Source: a candidate division FCPU426 bacterium
GTDB lineage: Bacteria; Oederibacteriota; Muellerivitia; Muellerivitales; Muellerivitaceae
Assembly: GCA_963771075.1 (NCBI GenBank)
Contig: CAVYSE010000018.1
Coordinates: forward strand, 160,001 to 224,000
Reading direction: 5' to 3'
Length of the DNA: 64,000 nt
Shown here: piece after piece, positions 31,482 through 41,752 of the stretch
Position numbering within the stretch: the first letter of the stretch is position 1
Layout of the letters: each line of letters begins with the position of its first letter
Translations under genes and position numbers: made by a program
The notes under the pieces: model-generated
What the model saw: only the letters and a program-made list of their open reading frames with translations
What the model was told of the DNA's origin: nothing
Databases searched by the model: none

Positions 31482-33599
31482 TTGAAATCCAATCCCTCAA
31501 ACCCCATCCGCCGCGCCTGGCTTTTCATGGGCGCATTCCTTCTTATAAACACACTTCTTTCCTACCTTCCCTTGGGCCAATGGACCAAGTTCGCATGTGT
31601 TCTCGCCTTAGGGATCCTATTGATTCTGGGGTTACGTCTTAACCCGGCGGGGGCGGGGGAAACCGTAAGTCCCGGCGATTTTCGCGTTCCCCGATGGCTT
31701 TGGCTTATCGTGGCCCTATTGGCCCTGTGGTTTAGGTTTTCATTGTTGACCACTTACGAGGGTTGGCCCGGGGGGGATGAATCCCTGCAGGGCCTGTTCG
31801 CCATCGAGTTGAACCGTCATTGGTCCTGGCAGATCTTTTATTACACGGGACAGCATCCCGGTTTGTGGCTATGGATTCTCCGCTTCATTTACCCTTTTTC
31901 CGCACAAGCCACCTTCAACTTTTGGTTCATGCCGGCCTTGGTTTCGGTCTTCTTTGTTTTGGTCTCGGCCCGGGCGGCGCTCAAGGTTTTTCCCAAGGGA
32001 ACGGTCTTTCTTTTCTTCACGGCCCTTTCCTTCGGTTTCTGGCCCCTTTATTTCGGAAGGTTTTGCTTGGAGGACAACCTCGTGCCCCCCTTCGAGGCCC
32101 TCGTTTTTTTATGCCTGGCGGGTTTGTGGAAAGCCGAGGGGAAAACCGTGCGATTGGGATGGGCCATAGGGATGGGCTTAGCGGCGGGTGTGGGCGCCTA
32201 CGGTTATTTGGGTTTTTTCTCCGTCATTGCCGCGGCGAGCCTGGCGATTCTGGCCTGGGCCTGGGGCAAGAGGGAAAGGATTTTGCCCCTTCTCGCTTTC
32301 TTGATCATCTTGCTGGTTCTTTTAATCCCCATGGCTTTGGCGGCCGTCCGGGAACATGTGGGCGGATATATGCTAAGCGTCAGCGTTATTCACGGGAGTC
32401 CCCACTGGCGGGATTGGTTTTTACACGCGGTTTCCTTTATCACGACCTTCTTTTGGGGGCCCTGGGGCCTCCCGGTGTCTTACGGACCGGTTTTGGGGGG
32501 ATACCTGAACCCGGTGGAGGATGCCTTTTTTCTATTCGGTTTGATTGAGGTCAACCGCTGGAAAGATAAAACCGCAAAGTGGTTTATGGGGCTGGCTTTT
32601 ATCCTCTTCCTCTTACCCGGCTTTTTGACGGCGGATGTAGTGGAAATGTACCGGGTCATTCCCTTAATGCCGGTTGTTTATCTTCTCTCCTGCCTGGGCT
32701 TCGGGGGCCTGTGGCGGACTACGAGTCACCGAGCCGGCAAGATGCTTTTAATCCTTTTGGCGGGGCTATCCCTCGTGCTGAACCTTTATCACATGGCCTT
32801 GGAAAGGTCGCCGGATGGGCCCCTGACACAGAAGTATTCCTTGCAGGAAAGGATCCATGAAGGCTATTGGGCCTACCGCCAATTCGAGGAGGCGTCCCGA
32901 TCCCAGGGACCGGGCCTTGTTTTCTCCGACTTTTTGGCGCTGGACCAGGATCACTCCCTGCATGTGATGTGCTATTCCTTTAACGCCTTGTTGAACCCTT
33001 CGTTCGATCCATCACACGCCCGGTGGGCGGGTCTGTTGACCAACGTCCACTATGGAGCCTATCTTCAGGCGCGCTTCCCGGGTTCCCGCTGGGTTTACGT
33101 GACCCCGCCGGGTTCCGATCCCAACAGGTTCCTGGACGGCGGGGCCGTGGCGGGGATCATCCCGATCACGCCGGAGAACCGAAAGGTCTTTGACCAGTGG
33201 AGTCAAGCGCATGACTATTTCCAGGATTTAAGTGTTTTGGCCGAAAATTCCATGAACGACCAGGATAAATATTCCGCGCAGGTCGCGAAACTGCCCGCGG
33301 GCTACGCCTTGATGGAGGGAGACCCTTTCCTGGAGTCGGTCTATGGTGAATGGGTGGCCCAATACCATATTGGAATGAATTTGGACCCCAACGTGCTGGC
33401 CCTGGAGAGGGCTATCCAAAAGGGCTATCCAACAGCGAATCTCTATTTCAAACTGGGAAATTTCCTGGCGACGGAAAACAAAATTCCAGAAGCGGAAAGG
33501 GCCTATGCCCTGGCGGTGGATTGCCAGCCTAACCACACCCAGGCCGCCCTTTATTTAAAGGCTCTCCAAAGCCAGGACACCGCTCCGGCATCGAAATGA
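31482..33599 (+). CDS. GT-C (ArnT/PMT-like) membrane glycosyltransferase with C-terminal TPR
   Basis: About 12 TM helices; LWFRF...DE acidic motif in the first loop; C-terminal LYFKLGN TPR. Confidence 0.6.
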   Translation: MKSNPSNPIRRAWLFMGAFLLINTLLSYLPLGQWTKFACVLALGILLILGLRLNPAGAGETVSPGDFRVPRWLWLIVALLALWFRFSLLTTYEGWPGGDESLQGLFAIELNRHWSWQIFYYTGQHPGLWLWILRFIYPFSAQATFNFWFMPALVSVFFVLVSARAALKVFPKGTVFLFFTALSFGFWPLYFGRFCLEDNLVPPFEALVFLCLAGLWKAEGKTVRLGWAIGMGLAAGVGAYGYLGFFSVIAAASLAILAWAWGKRERILPLLAFLIILLVLLIPMALAAVREHVGGYMLSVSVIHGSPHWRDWFLHAVSFITTFFWGPWGLPVSYGPVLGGYLNPVEDAFFLFGLIEVNRWKDKTAKWFMGLAFILFLLPGFLTADVVEMYRVIPLMPVVYLLSCLGFGGLWRTTSHRAGKMLLILLAGLSLVLNLYHMALERSPDGPLTQKYSLQERIHEGYWAYRQFEEASRSQGPGLVFSDFLALDQDHSLHVMCYSFNALLNPSFDPSHARWAGLLTNVHYGAYLQARFPGSRWVYVTPPGSDPNRFLDGGAVAGIIPITPENRKVFDQWSQAHDYFQDLSVLAENSMNDQDKYSAQVAKLPAGYALMEGDPFLESVYGEWVAQYHIGMNLDPNVLALERAIQKGYPTANLYFKLGNFLATENKIPEAERAYALAVDCQPNHTQAALYLKALQSQDTAPASK

Positions 33600-33688
33600 T
33601 GGGTTGGAGCCTTTCCAACGTGGATAGGGAAGGGTATATATTGGGCAGGCCGAAGCGGGTTGAGTCACGAAAGAAGGCATTGGAATCC

Positions 33689-35023
33689 ATGAAATTTATT
33701 TCTTTTTTCTTCCTGTTGGTGATTCCGTTTTTGGGGGAGGGCTGCGCCCCAGCCCCGGATGAATCGGGAAAGACCGTCCTGAAGGTCGTAACCTGGGATA
33801 ATCCGCGCATGATGCCTGTGATTGAAAACCTTGCGCGGGATTATGAGAAAGGCCATCCTTACATTTTGGTGCGCATCCGCCAGATCCCCTACCGGGAATA
33901 CCTAGACCGGTTGACGGCTCCCCAGCCTGTTTCCTTGTTGCCGGACGTTTTGTTGGTATCCACCAGCCAGGTCGCGGAACTTTACGCCCGGGGTATGCTG
34001 CAATCCATAAAGAACATTGAGCCTTACACGACGAAACCCCGCCCCGCAGGTTATGACCCTGATCTAGCGGCCTATTTTTCTTTCAAAAACCAACTGTTCG
34101 CCCTGCCCCGGGACCGGGCGCCGGTCTGCCTGATCTATTACAACAAGGGCTTGTTTGACAAGGCCCATTTGCCCTATCCCTCCGCCGATTGGAATTGGGA
34201 TCAATTTTTAAGGATCGCCAAGGCCCTCACCGAGACCCAAGACCTCAAGAATCAAAAACGCGTTTGGGGCTTCGTGGAGGATTGGCCCATGGTGGAACCC
34301 TGGGTCTATGGAGCGGGGAGCGGGTGGGTCGACCGCGAATTAAACCCCGCGAAATTCCGGGTCGGGGAAAAAGGATTTCTGGACGGCATCCGTTTCCGCG
34401 ACCGGCTCATTCGCCGGGAAAAGGTTTCGCCTTCGCCCCAGGATATTGTGGGCGAGGGGCAAATCGGGGGCGCGGACCTTTTTCTCAACAGCCAGGCCGC
34501 TATGATCTTGTCGGGCCCCTGGAAAGGGGTGGAGTTCAATGACCAGCCGCGGCTGAAATGGGGGGTGGCCGCGATCCCGGTTGGGCCATCGGGTTCAAGG
34601 GCCTTTCAAACCGGAGGCGCGGGGTGGGGATTATCCCCCTCCTCCAGCCATCCACGGGAAGCCTGGGACCTGCTTCGATTTCTTTCGGACGCCTCGGCCG
34701 AGGAAAAATACGCCCGGGTGGGCCTGGCCCTGCCAGCCTTGAGGGAAGTGGAAGCCGGAACGGGGTACGCCAATTCCGCGTTGGAAGAAGCCGCCCGAGC
34801 GCTATCCGCGGGTCGGGCCGTGGAAGACCCCAGGGCCTGCAATTGGCCGGATGTGAGGGAAAACCAAATTAATCCCATCCTGGAAAGGGTGTGGGACGGG
34901 GAACTGACCCCGGAAAAAGCGGCCAAAACTTTGAACCAGGGCCTCGCGGGAAATCCCCTCAACATGAAACCGCCGGAGCGAAAACCGCCCGCCCAAAACA
35001 AGCCCCAAATGTTTTTGTTTTAA
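33689..35023 (+). CDS. Sugar ABC transporter substrate-binding protein (probable lipoprotein)
   Basis: EGC lipobox-like site; PDV, FALP, YYNK.LF, WNWDQF and SGPW motifs. No permease genes nearby. Confidence 0.85.
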   Translation: MKFISFFFLLVIPFLGEGCAPAPDESGKTVLKVVTWDNPRMMPVIENLARDYEKGHPYILVRIRQIPYREYLDRLTAPQPVSLLPDVLLVSTSQVAELYARGMLQSIKNIEPYTTKPRPAGYDPDLAAYFSFKNQLFALPRDRAPVCLIYYNKGLFDKAHLPYPSADWNWDQFLRIAKALTETQDLKNQKRVWGFVEDWPMVEPWVYGAGSGWVDRELNPAKFRVGEKGFLDGIRFRDRLIRREKVSPSPQDIVGEGQIGGADLFLNSQAAMILSGPWKGVEFNDQPRLKWGVAAIPVGPSGSRAFQTGGAGWGLSPSSSHPREAWDLLRFLSDASAEEKYARVGLALPALREVEAGTGYANSALEEAARALSAGRAVEDPRACNWPDVRENQINPILERVWDGELTPEKAAKTLNQGLAGNPLNMKPPERKPPAQNKPQMFLF

Positions 35024-35062
35024 GGGAAACTCAAAGGATCCCGCAATGGCGCTTACGGATTT

Positions 35063-35419
35063 CTAATTGGAAGGCTGGGACCCTTCCTCTAAAAGCCCTG
35101 AGTTCTTGTCCATGAGGGCGTTGAGGTCGTTTTGCTGGTCCGGGGTCAATTCGTGGTTGGGGCTGTTTTTATAGTCGATGATTTCTTTTAGTTGGATGCT
35201 TTTCAGGTTACCCCTCAATTCCACGGCCTCCTCCTTGCTGATCTTCTCGTTTTTCACCCCGAGTTTGACAAGTTTCCACTGCTGGTTGAGCCTTTGCGTG
35301 ACTTGGTGAAGGCGGGGGCTGACCGGCGTGGGAGTCGCGGTGGGGGTGGCGGCCATGCCGGCGCGGAGGGCCGAGCAAAACATCAAAAAAACAAGGGTTG
35401 GGTGGAATGGGCTTTTCAT
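35063..35419 (-). CDS. Small exported helical hypothetical protein
   Basis: Signal peptide, TPTP linker, GVKN.KIS.EE and LT.DQ pattern. Confidence 0.6.
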   Translation of the reverse strand: MKSPFHPTLVFLMFCSALRAGMAATPTATPTPVSPRLHQVTQRLNQQWKLVKLGVKNEKISKEEAVELRGNLKSIQLKEIIDYKNSPNHELTPDQQNDLNALMDKNSGLLEEGSQPSN

Positions 35420-35433
35420 GGGTCGGTTTCGCG

Positions 35434-37866
35434 CTAATGGACCAGGAGCACTTTTTTAAGCTTCCGGTCGAAAGGTTCGACCAGATAGATCAAGTAGACC
35501 CCGTCGGCGCATTTACTTCCGCTGTAGTTCGTCCCATCCCAGGCGTTCGCGTAAGTGATGGGTTGGGTCGCGGTCTGCATCGGGACCAGGTCCTTGACGA
35601 ATTCTCCCGCTGTGTTGTAGATCGACAGGGAATAGGGACCCGGGTATTGGGAATAACCGATGAGGATGGAAACCCCACCCTGGGAGGGGTTGAAGAGGTT
35701 TTTATCCACGTAGAAGGAGTCGGCGAAGGGGATCGTCGCGGTAGGGGTCTCGGTGATCGTGGGAGTAAGCGTTTGGGTGGGACTCAGGGTGACCGTGGGG
35801 GTGAGCGTTTGGGTGGCGGAGGAAGTGGGCGTGGCAGTCGTGGTCGGCGTAAAGGTGGAAGTGGGCGTGTTGGTGGAGGTGGTGGTGGGAGTAATCGTTG
35901 AGGTGGCGGTGGCGGTCGCAGTGGTTGTCGGGGTAAAGGGGGGCGTTGGGGTGTTGGTCCCAGTCGGAGTCCCGGTTGAGGTGGGGGTGAAAGTCTGGGT
36001 CGGGGTCGGAGTGATCGTCGGAGAGGCGGTAACCGTGTAGGTATTGGTAATACAGCCTAAAATATTGGTTGAGACGGTATTGGAGGTGACCGGGGCGGGA
36101 CCGGAAGCGGAGGAAATAACCGCCGCGTTGTTGATGGTGTTTCCGCAGGCCCCCGCCGTGCCCCACCAGCTCACCGCCGAGGAATTGCCGCAAGTGGTGT
36201 TTATATTCCAGGAAATGGTTCCCGTTCCGGCGTTATAGGTTGGGACATTTCCACTCGTTGTATTTCCCGCTCCCCCGTAGGTGACATAGGAAGGGACGGC
36301 GTCGGTCAACAGGGGGTTGGTGGCGCCGACCGTGTTGAAGACCAACAGGTTGGCGAAGTTCACCGGGCCCGCGTTGGCCTGGAAACCGACATCCCCGGCG
36401 ACGGTTGGAACGTCGGCGCCGGTATAGACGATGTCCGGCTTGGCGAGTTGGGTTCCGCCTTGCGGCCAAACCCACATCAGGACCTCCCCCGCGCAGACCT
36501 GCACCCTCACCGTGTACCAGGTGTTTAAATTTATATCCCCGATTTGGGGAGGTTGAGCAAAGGCGACATTGGCGCCGCTGACGTCAAAAGCAAGGTCGTC
36601 GTTTGCAGGGTTGCCGTTTGGTCCGCTCTTGTAACTCGAAAGACGGGCCTGGTAGGACGTGGTCACCCCCGCTGCGACGTTGACGTTAAAATTGAAAACC
36701 GCCTCGAGGTTATTGCAATCCGACGACAGGGGCTCCAGGTCCACCTGGTAGACCCCATCCAGGATGGGGGTCATGCTGGTATCGGTGAGATAGGGGTATT
36801 GCCCCGAGAGTTGGGTACAGGATTGGGTTTGTTCCAGGTACCCGGGGTTGGTATCCCATTGCCCCCCCGTGGAAGTCCAGCCGCTGGGGATGCCGCTGGC
36901 GAAGTTATCGAAGCTGCTCAATTCCTGGCCGGTGTTGGTGTAGTTGATCACGTAGGTGATTCCTCCCCCCGTCGCCACGGTCGGGGGTCCGCTTTTGGAA
37001 ACTGTCAGGCCGGGCAGATCCACCGTGACCAAGGCGGGGTTGGAAGTAACGGCGGAGGATAAACCGGCGCAGGTAGCGTAGGCCGTATTGGAAAAGACCT
37101 GTCCTGAAGTCGCGGAGTTGCTGACCGTGGCCAGGAACTGGACCTGGCCTGACTGGGGTTGGGAGATGGTACCGAGGTTCCAGGTGATGGTTTGCCCCAA
37201 AGTCGTTCCGCCGTCATAAACCTGGGAGATCGCGAAGTTGGAGCTCACCACGTCGGTGATGGTCATGTTCGTGGCGGCACCCGCGTTGTAATTGATGGTG
37301 AAGAGGACCTCCCCCCCGGGGAAGGCCGTGGAGCCATCCGCGGTTTTGGTTATATTGATGTAGGGCGGGGGAAGGGGAACGAAAAAGGAAGCATCGTTTT
37401 GCGCGTCCACCGAAATACCAGGGTTCATGTAAACGGAGGAATTTTCCCTCATGGCGACAATCACGTAATAGGTGGTGCCTGTGGTCATGGAGGAAGGAAG
37501 CGTAAAGGTCGCGTTGGCATTGTAGGTTCCGGCGCCAGACGGCAATGAAGAGATGGGACAGGCGGATTTGCCGCTATCCCCTACCTCGGTGGAGGGTGCG
37601 CAATTGTCCCCGATGACGATCCATTGGTTAGTGGCTGGAGGGGATTGGAGGGTGGGCGAAGCGCTGATAATGACGGCATAGTAAAGGCTTCCCGGGGTGT
37701 CGCTGAGGGTATAGTTCCAAGAGACACTGGCGCTTTGCCCGGGATAGGGATTGGTGGGGGAAATAGTGACATTGGTGACGGAGGCGACCGGACCGGCTAG
37801 CGCGGACCCAAAACAAAGAAGCCAAAAGCCGAAAAAGAGATAAATCGATTTTTTAAATCGGGACAT
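35434..37866 (-). CDS. Exoprotein with DUF11-like repeats, lectin-like domain, Thr/Pro linker and CTD-like C-terminus
   Basis: Signal peptide; ITKTA...FTINY and VSKSGP...ITYVINYTNTG; tail IYNTAGE...WDGTN...GVY. Confidence 0.8.
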   Translation of the reverse strand: MSRFKKSIYLFFGFWLLCFGSALAGPVASVTNVTISPTNPYPGQSASVSWNYTLSDTPGSLYYAVIISASPTLQSPPATNQWIVIGDNCAPSTEVGDSGKSACPISSLPSGAGTYNANATFTLPSSMTTGTTYYVIVAMRENSSVYMNPGISVDAQNDASFFVPLPPPYINITKTADGSTAFPGGEVLFTINYNAGAATNMTITDVVSSNFAISQVYDGGTTLGQTITWNLGTISQPQSGQVQFLATVSNSATSGQVFSNTAYATCAGLSSAVTSNPALVTVDLPGLTVSKSGPPTVATGGGITYVINYTNTGQELSSFDNFASGIPSGWTSTGGQWDTNPGYLEQTQSCTQLSGQYPYLTDTSMTPILDGVYQVDLEPLSSDCNNLEAVFNFNVNVAAGVTTSYQARLSSYKSGPNGNPANDDLAFDVSGANVAFAQPPQIGDINLNTWYTVRVQVCAGEVLMWVWPQGGTQLAKPDIVYTGADVPTVAGDVGFQANAGPVNFANLLVFNTVGATNPLLTDAVPSYVTYGGAGNTTSGNVPTYNAGTGTISWNINTTCGNSSAVSWWGTAGACGNTINNAAVISSASGPAPVTSNTVSTNILGCITNTYTVTASPTITPTPTQTFTPTSTGTPTGTNTPTPPFTPTTTATATATSTITPTTTSTNTPTSTFTPTTTATPTSSATQTLTPTVTLSPTQTLTPTITETPTATIPFADSFYVDKNLFNPSQGGVSILIGYSQYPGPYSLSIYNTAGEFVKDLVPMQTATQPITYANAWDGTNYSGSKCADGVYLIYLVEPFDRKLKKVLLVH

Positions 37867-38033
37867 TTATTTCTCGTTAAACCGACTTATTTTTCAAAGC
37901 TTTCAACCCTAGAATTATCCCACTTCTTCTATAGGCTGACAACAAAAAGCAAGAATCATGTTGCTTCAAATGATTTTTTCAACAGTTACCCCGCATTGAA
38001 ATCCCCGCCCACTCGGTGTGAAGATAGCGATCC

Positions 38034-38891
38034 ATGAAAAATCCATCGGCAATAAACTGTTTGGCATTGGTTTTAATTTTAAATTCTTTTCTATTACCCC
38101 GTTTTTCGGGGGCTCAAACCCCGCCCGATTCAGCCCAAACACCCCATTTATCCGTTCGGTTAATCAGCGAGAAAACCGCTTTCATCCCAGGCCAAGAGGC
38201 CAGGGTGGGTGTTTATTTCGAGATGGAAAAGGGTTGGCATCTTTACTGGAAAAACCCGGGCGATTCCGGAATGGCTCCTGCCATCCATTGGAACCTTCCC
38301 AAGGGCTTCCAATCGGGGGAAATGGTGTGGCCCCTGCCGGAGAAGATCCGCATTCCATCCCTCACGGACTACGGCTACCACGACCATTTGCTCTTGATGG
38401 TGCCGGTGGAGGTTCCGGAGGATTTGAAGGAAGGTTCCGCGGTGACCCTGACGGCGGAGGTGAACTGGCTGGTTTGCAAGGAATCCTGCCTGCCCGGCAA
38501 GGCGGTCTTGAACCTTCGGGTTCCCATCCAAAAGGCGGGTTCCCAGGCTCCCTCCCAGGATGCCAAATGGTTCAAGGAGGAACAAACTCATTTGCCTGAA
38601 TCCCTACCCGGGGATTGGAAGGCGCACGTCAATCCGGTGGAGAGGGGTTATGTCCTACATTTCACTACAGGCTCCTGGGAGATCAAAAAGGCGGATTTTT
38701 TCCCCCTGGACTTCAATATGTTGGACAACCAAGCGGACGTCGTTTTTTCGGCGTATCGAAATTCATTCGAAATGCGTCTAAAAGAATCAGACCAACTCCT
38801 GAGTCCGCCGGACCGCGTGAGGGGTTTGGTTGTCGTGTGGGACGCCAAGGGCCAGAAACATGGTTATTGGATCGATGTGCCGTTCAATTAA
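38034..38891 (+). CDS. Exported DsbD N-terminal-domain protein
   Basis: GWHLYWKNPGDSG and WLVCKESCLP motifs; no TM domain. Confidence 0.85.
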   Translation: MKNPSAINCLALVLILNSFLLPRFSGAQTPPDSAQTPHLSVRLISEKTAFIPGQEARVGVYFEMEKGWHLYWKNPGDSGMAPAIHWNLPKGFQSGEMVWPLPEKIRIPSLTDYGYHDHLLLMVPVEVPEDLKEGSAVTLTAEVNWLVCKESCLPGKAVLNLRVPIQKAGSQAPSQDAKWFKEEQTHLPESLPGDWKAHVNPVERGYVLHFTTGSWEIKKADFFPLDFNMLDNQADVVFSAYRNSFEMRLKESDQLLSPPDRVRGLVVVWDAKGQKHGYWIDVPFN

Positions 38892-38904
38892 AAGGAGGAT
38901 GTTC

Positions 38905-39531
38905 ATGAAGAAAAAAGCCGGTTGGATGGGGGCCTTGTGGGGCGGGGTGCTTTTACTGGCCGTCCAGGCGCAAGCATTGACGGTGGGCCAAAAAGCGCCG
39001 GATTTCTCATGCCCGGACAGCAACGGAAAGTCCGTGGCGAGTTCGAGCTTGAAAGGGAAATTCGTTGTCCTGGAGTGGCACAACGCGAGTTGCCCCTTCG
39101 TGAAGAGCCAGTACCAGGGAAAAATGGAAAAAATCCAACAGGTTTGGACGAAAAAGGGAGTGGCCTGGTTCTCGGTCATCTCCTCCGCGCCGGGCAAGGA
39201 AGGCTCCATCACCCCTGAAATGGCCAATGAGGACGTGAAAAGCCACGGTTCCATGCCGACCGCCACCCTGATGGATCCTTCCGGCAAGGTGGGCCATCTA
39301 TTCGGGGCCAAGACCACGCCCCATATGTTTGTGATCAACCCCAAGGGCATTCTGATCTATGACGGGGCCATTGATAACGCGCCGCTGGAAGATGCCCTGT
39401 CGGACAAAAACAAGAACGGCGATGCCTATGTGAATTACGTGGATCAGGCCCTGACCCAGGCCATGGCGGGACAGGAAGTCACGGTCAAGACGACCGCCCC
39501 CTATGGCTGTCACGTTAAATACAAAGAATAA
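38905..39531 (+). CDS. Exported redoxin (AhpC/TSA-like)
   Basis: VG.KAPDF, VVLEW.N..CPFV, GAKTTPHMFVI, Y.GAID and PYGC; GGAGG RBS. Confidence 0.88.
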   Translation: MKKKAGWMGALWGGVLLLAVQAQALTVGQKAPDFSCPDSNGKSVASSSLKGKFVVLEWHNASCPFVKSQYQGKMEKIQQVWTKKGVAWFSVISSAPGKEGSITPEMANEDVKSHGSMPTATLMDPSGKVGHLFGAKTTPHMFVINPKGILIYDGAIDNAPLEDALSDKNKNGDAYVNYVDQALTQAMAGQEVTVKTTAPYGCHVKYKE

Positions 39532-39740
39532 ATTTCCAATGATCCCATCGGATTGGGACGGGATTCCAAGCATGAGAATTTCTCATGACGGGCGTTCCGT
39601 TCCAAGTTCGGTGGTATTCTTTGCGAAGTGTTCGCCCCTTTTTAACTCCGGTGCTTTCGACTTATTATGTTTGAAGAAAAAGGGTTGGTGTCTTGCGAAC
39701 CCATTTATAAGTAAGTTCTGAAAAAATATTTTTGAAGGTT

Positions 39741-40985
39741 ATGAAAATGGGAATCCGATCGGGATATGCAATGCCGTGGCCCCAATCCCTATTCGCGTTT
39801 CTCTTTGTTTTTTTAAGTTTGGCCCCCCTCTCCCTTTCCGCGCAAACGTCAGGCGACTACTGCCTTGCCAGCGACACGGTCAACAACATGATGTATGTGA
39901 ATCCCTGCTCCGCGACGACCGTTCAGTCGCCTCCCCCTTCGGACAGCGGAGGTTTGAATTGGCTGTCTCCCGGATACAACCTGTCCTCGGTGGGCGGATG
40001 GACCACCCCTGCCCTCATTTCTCCCCTGGGGCTTGGCTGGTATGCCCTCTGTCCACCCGATGGAGCCACGGGCATCAACTGGATTGGATATGACACGAAT
40101 GGCGATAATCCCTGTGGAACTTCCACCGACCTCGTGGCGAACGAGTATTTCATCAACACGTTCACGATCCCGGCAGGGTGCGCGGTGACCCAAGCGCAAC
40201 TAGTCTTGAACTGTGACAACTATGTGACCGTCTGGCTGAACGGGACGCAATTGGGAGCGGCGGGAATCCAGGGTTCCCTGTATAGCGGATGCACCGGCTT
40301 GACGGTGCCGGTGCCTTTGATCGGCTCGGCGCCCTTTCAAGCCGGCACAAACGTGCTGGCATTCAATTTGGTCAATGAACCGGGATTCGGGTACAACCCC
40401 CAAGGGCTGACCTACCAATTCTGCTACAGCCTTTCCTGCGGGACGCCGACCCCCTCACCCACGGTTACCCCCACACCGCCTTTGAGCTACACGCCGACCC
40501 CAAGCCCGACTTGGACCCTGACGTTTACTCCCAGCAACAGCCCGACGATTACCCCCACTTGGACCCCGACCCCGACCCTTACGCTCACCCCGACCCAAAC
40601 CCTTTCCCCCACCATCACTTTGACTCCCACGATTACCTTGACCCCCACCGTCACCCTCACCCCAACCGCCACCATTCCCTATGTCGACGTTTTCTACGTC
40701 AATCAGAACTTCTTTCGCCCCTCCCAGGGCCCAGTCTCGATTAACGTGCAATACTCCGTCTTTCCGGGACCCTATTCCCTGAAGGTTTACAATACGGCGG
40801 GTGAATTCATCCTAGATCTTTCTAAAGACGCGAAAGATCCCAACCCGATGAACTCCCCGATCCATGAATGGTATGCCTGGAATGGGACGAACTGGAATGG
40901 GGATAACTGCGCTAGCGGAGTTTATATTCTTTATCTCATCGAGCCGGAGAAGGTCAAATTGAAGAAAATCATCCTGGTCCGATAG
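39741..40985 (+). CDS. Cys-rich exoprotein with galactose-binding-like domain, Thr/Pro linker and CTD-like C-terminus
   Basis: DNY..VWLNG...G.NVLAF jelly-roll motif; tail VYNTAGE...WNGTN...SGVY. Start codon uncertain. Confidence 0.75.
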   Translation: MKMGIRSGYAMPWPQSLFAFLFVFLSLAPLSLSAQTSGDYCLASDTVNNMMYVNPCSATTVQSPPPSDSGGLNWLSPGYNLSSVGGWTTPALISPLGLGWYALCPPDGATGINWIGYDTNGDNPCGTSTDLVANEYFINTFTIPAGCAVTQAQLVLNCDNYVTVWLNGTQLGAAGIQGSLYSGCTGLTVPVPLIGSAPFQAGTNVLAFNLVNEPGFGYNPQGLTYQFCYSLSCGTPTPSPTVTPTPPLSYTPTPSPTWTLTFTPSNSPTITPTWTPTPTLTLTPTQTLSPTITLTPTITLTPTVTLTPTATIPYVDVFYVNQNFFRPSQGPVSINVQYSVFPGPYSLKVYNTAGEFILDLSKDAKDPNPMNSPIHEWYAWNGTNWNGDNCASGVYILYLIEPEKVKLKKIILVR

Positions 40986-41008
40986 ACAAGCAGATGGGGC
41001 TGGAAAAA

Positions 41009-41752
41009 CTAAAACTTCAAAAAGACTTTTAAATAATCCCAAAATTCCGAAGGCCCGGCAAATCGCAGGTCGATTTCCCCGTCCGGTATGCGGCGGCCCA
41101 CGGCGATCTTGATCCCTTTTTTCCCCAATACCCTCATCGCTAAAAGATCCGCTTGGTCGTCCCCGGCCAGGATGGGCAGGTAACCCGGATAGGCTTTCAA
41201 AATCCTGGCGACGGCGCCGGCCTTGCTGAACCCCTTGGGCAGGGCCTCGATCATTTTCTTGCCGGGGTGCAGTTCCCAACCGGTCTGGATGACGGATCGA
41301 TTGAACCTTTCGCGGTACACCTTCCAAATGCGCTTTTCCTGGCCTGCCGTCAATTTCATCCCACGGTAATGAAGGGTGGAGGAAAATGGTTTCTTCTCGA
41401 TGTGGATGCCGGGAAAGACCCGGGGCAGGTCCTGGACCGAACGCCATAAACGCAAGGCTTCCCGGCGGTAATGGCCTTCCTGTTTCCTTGTCGCGAAACG
41501 GATTCCCATGGGCATCCGGCTGGCCTCGAAGCCGTGGGTCCCCGCGATGGGAAGGGTTCGCAAACCCGATACGCGCCGAAGGGAAGCGGCGTAACGTCCG
41601 CTCACCAATATCACGGGAAATCGCCTGGCCAGGGACCGCAAAAGGGACCGGCGCCCAATCGTCAGGTTGGACTTTTCGGGATCGTGGGTGAAATCGGCCA
41701 GGGTCCCGTCGTAATCCAGCAAAAACAAAAGTTTGGGGTGGGCGATTCTCAA
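41009..41752 (-). CDS. otsB: Trehalose-6-phosphate phosphatase (HAD family)
   Basis: LDYDGTL, VSGR, G.HG.E, IE.K, LHYR, KAGA and GDD..D motifs. Confidence 0.85.
   Translation of the reverse strand: MRIAHPKLLFLLDYDGTLADFTHDPEKSNLTIGRRSLLRSLARRFPVILVSGRYAASLRRVSGLRTLPIAGTHGFEASRMPMGIRFATRKQEGHYRREALRLWRSVQDLPRVFPGIHIEKKPFSSTLHYRGMKLTAGQEKRIWKVYRERFNRSVIQTGWELHPGKKMIEALPKGFSKAGAVARILKAYPGYLPILAGDDQADLLAMRVLGKKGIKIAVGRRIPDGEIDLRFAGPSEFWDYLKVFLKF

Noticed and set aside
35434..40985. Diversity-generating retroelement TR/VR between similar C-termini
   Set aside because: Similarity is protein-level paralogy without adenine-specific differences; no reverse transcriptase in the window.
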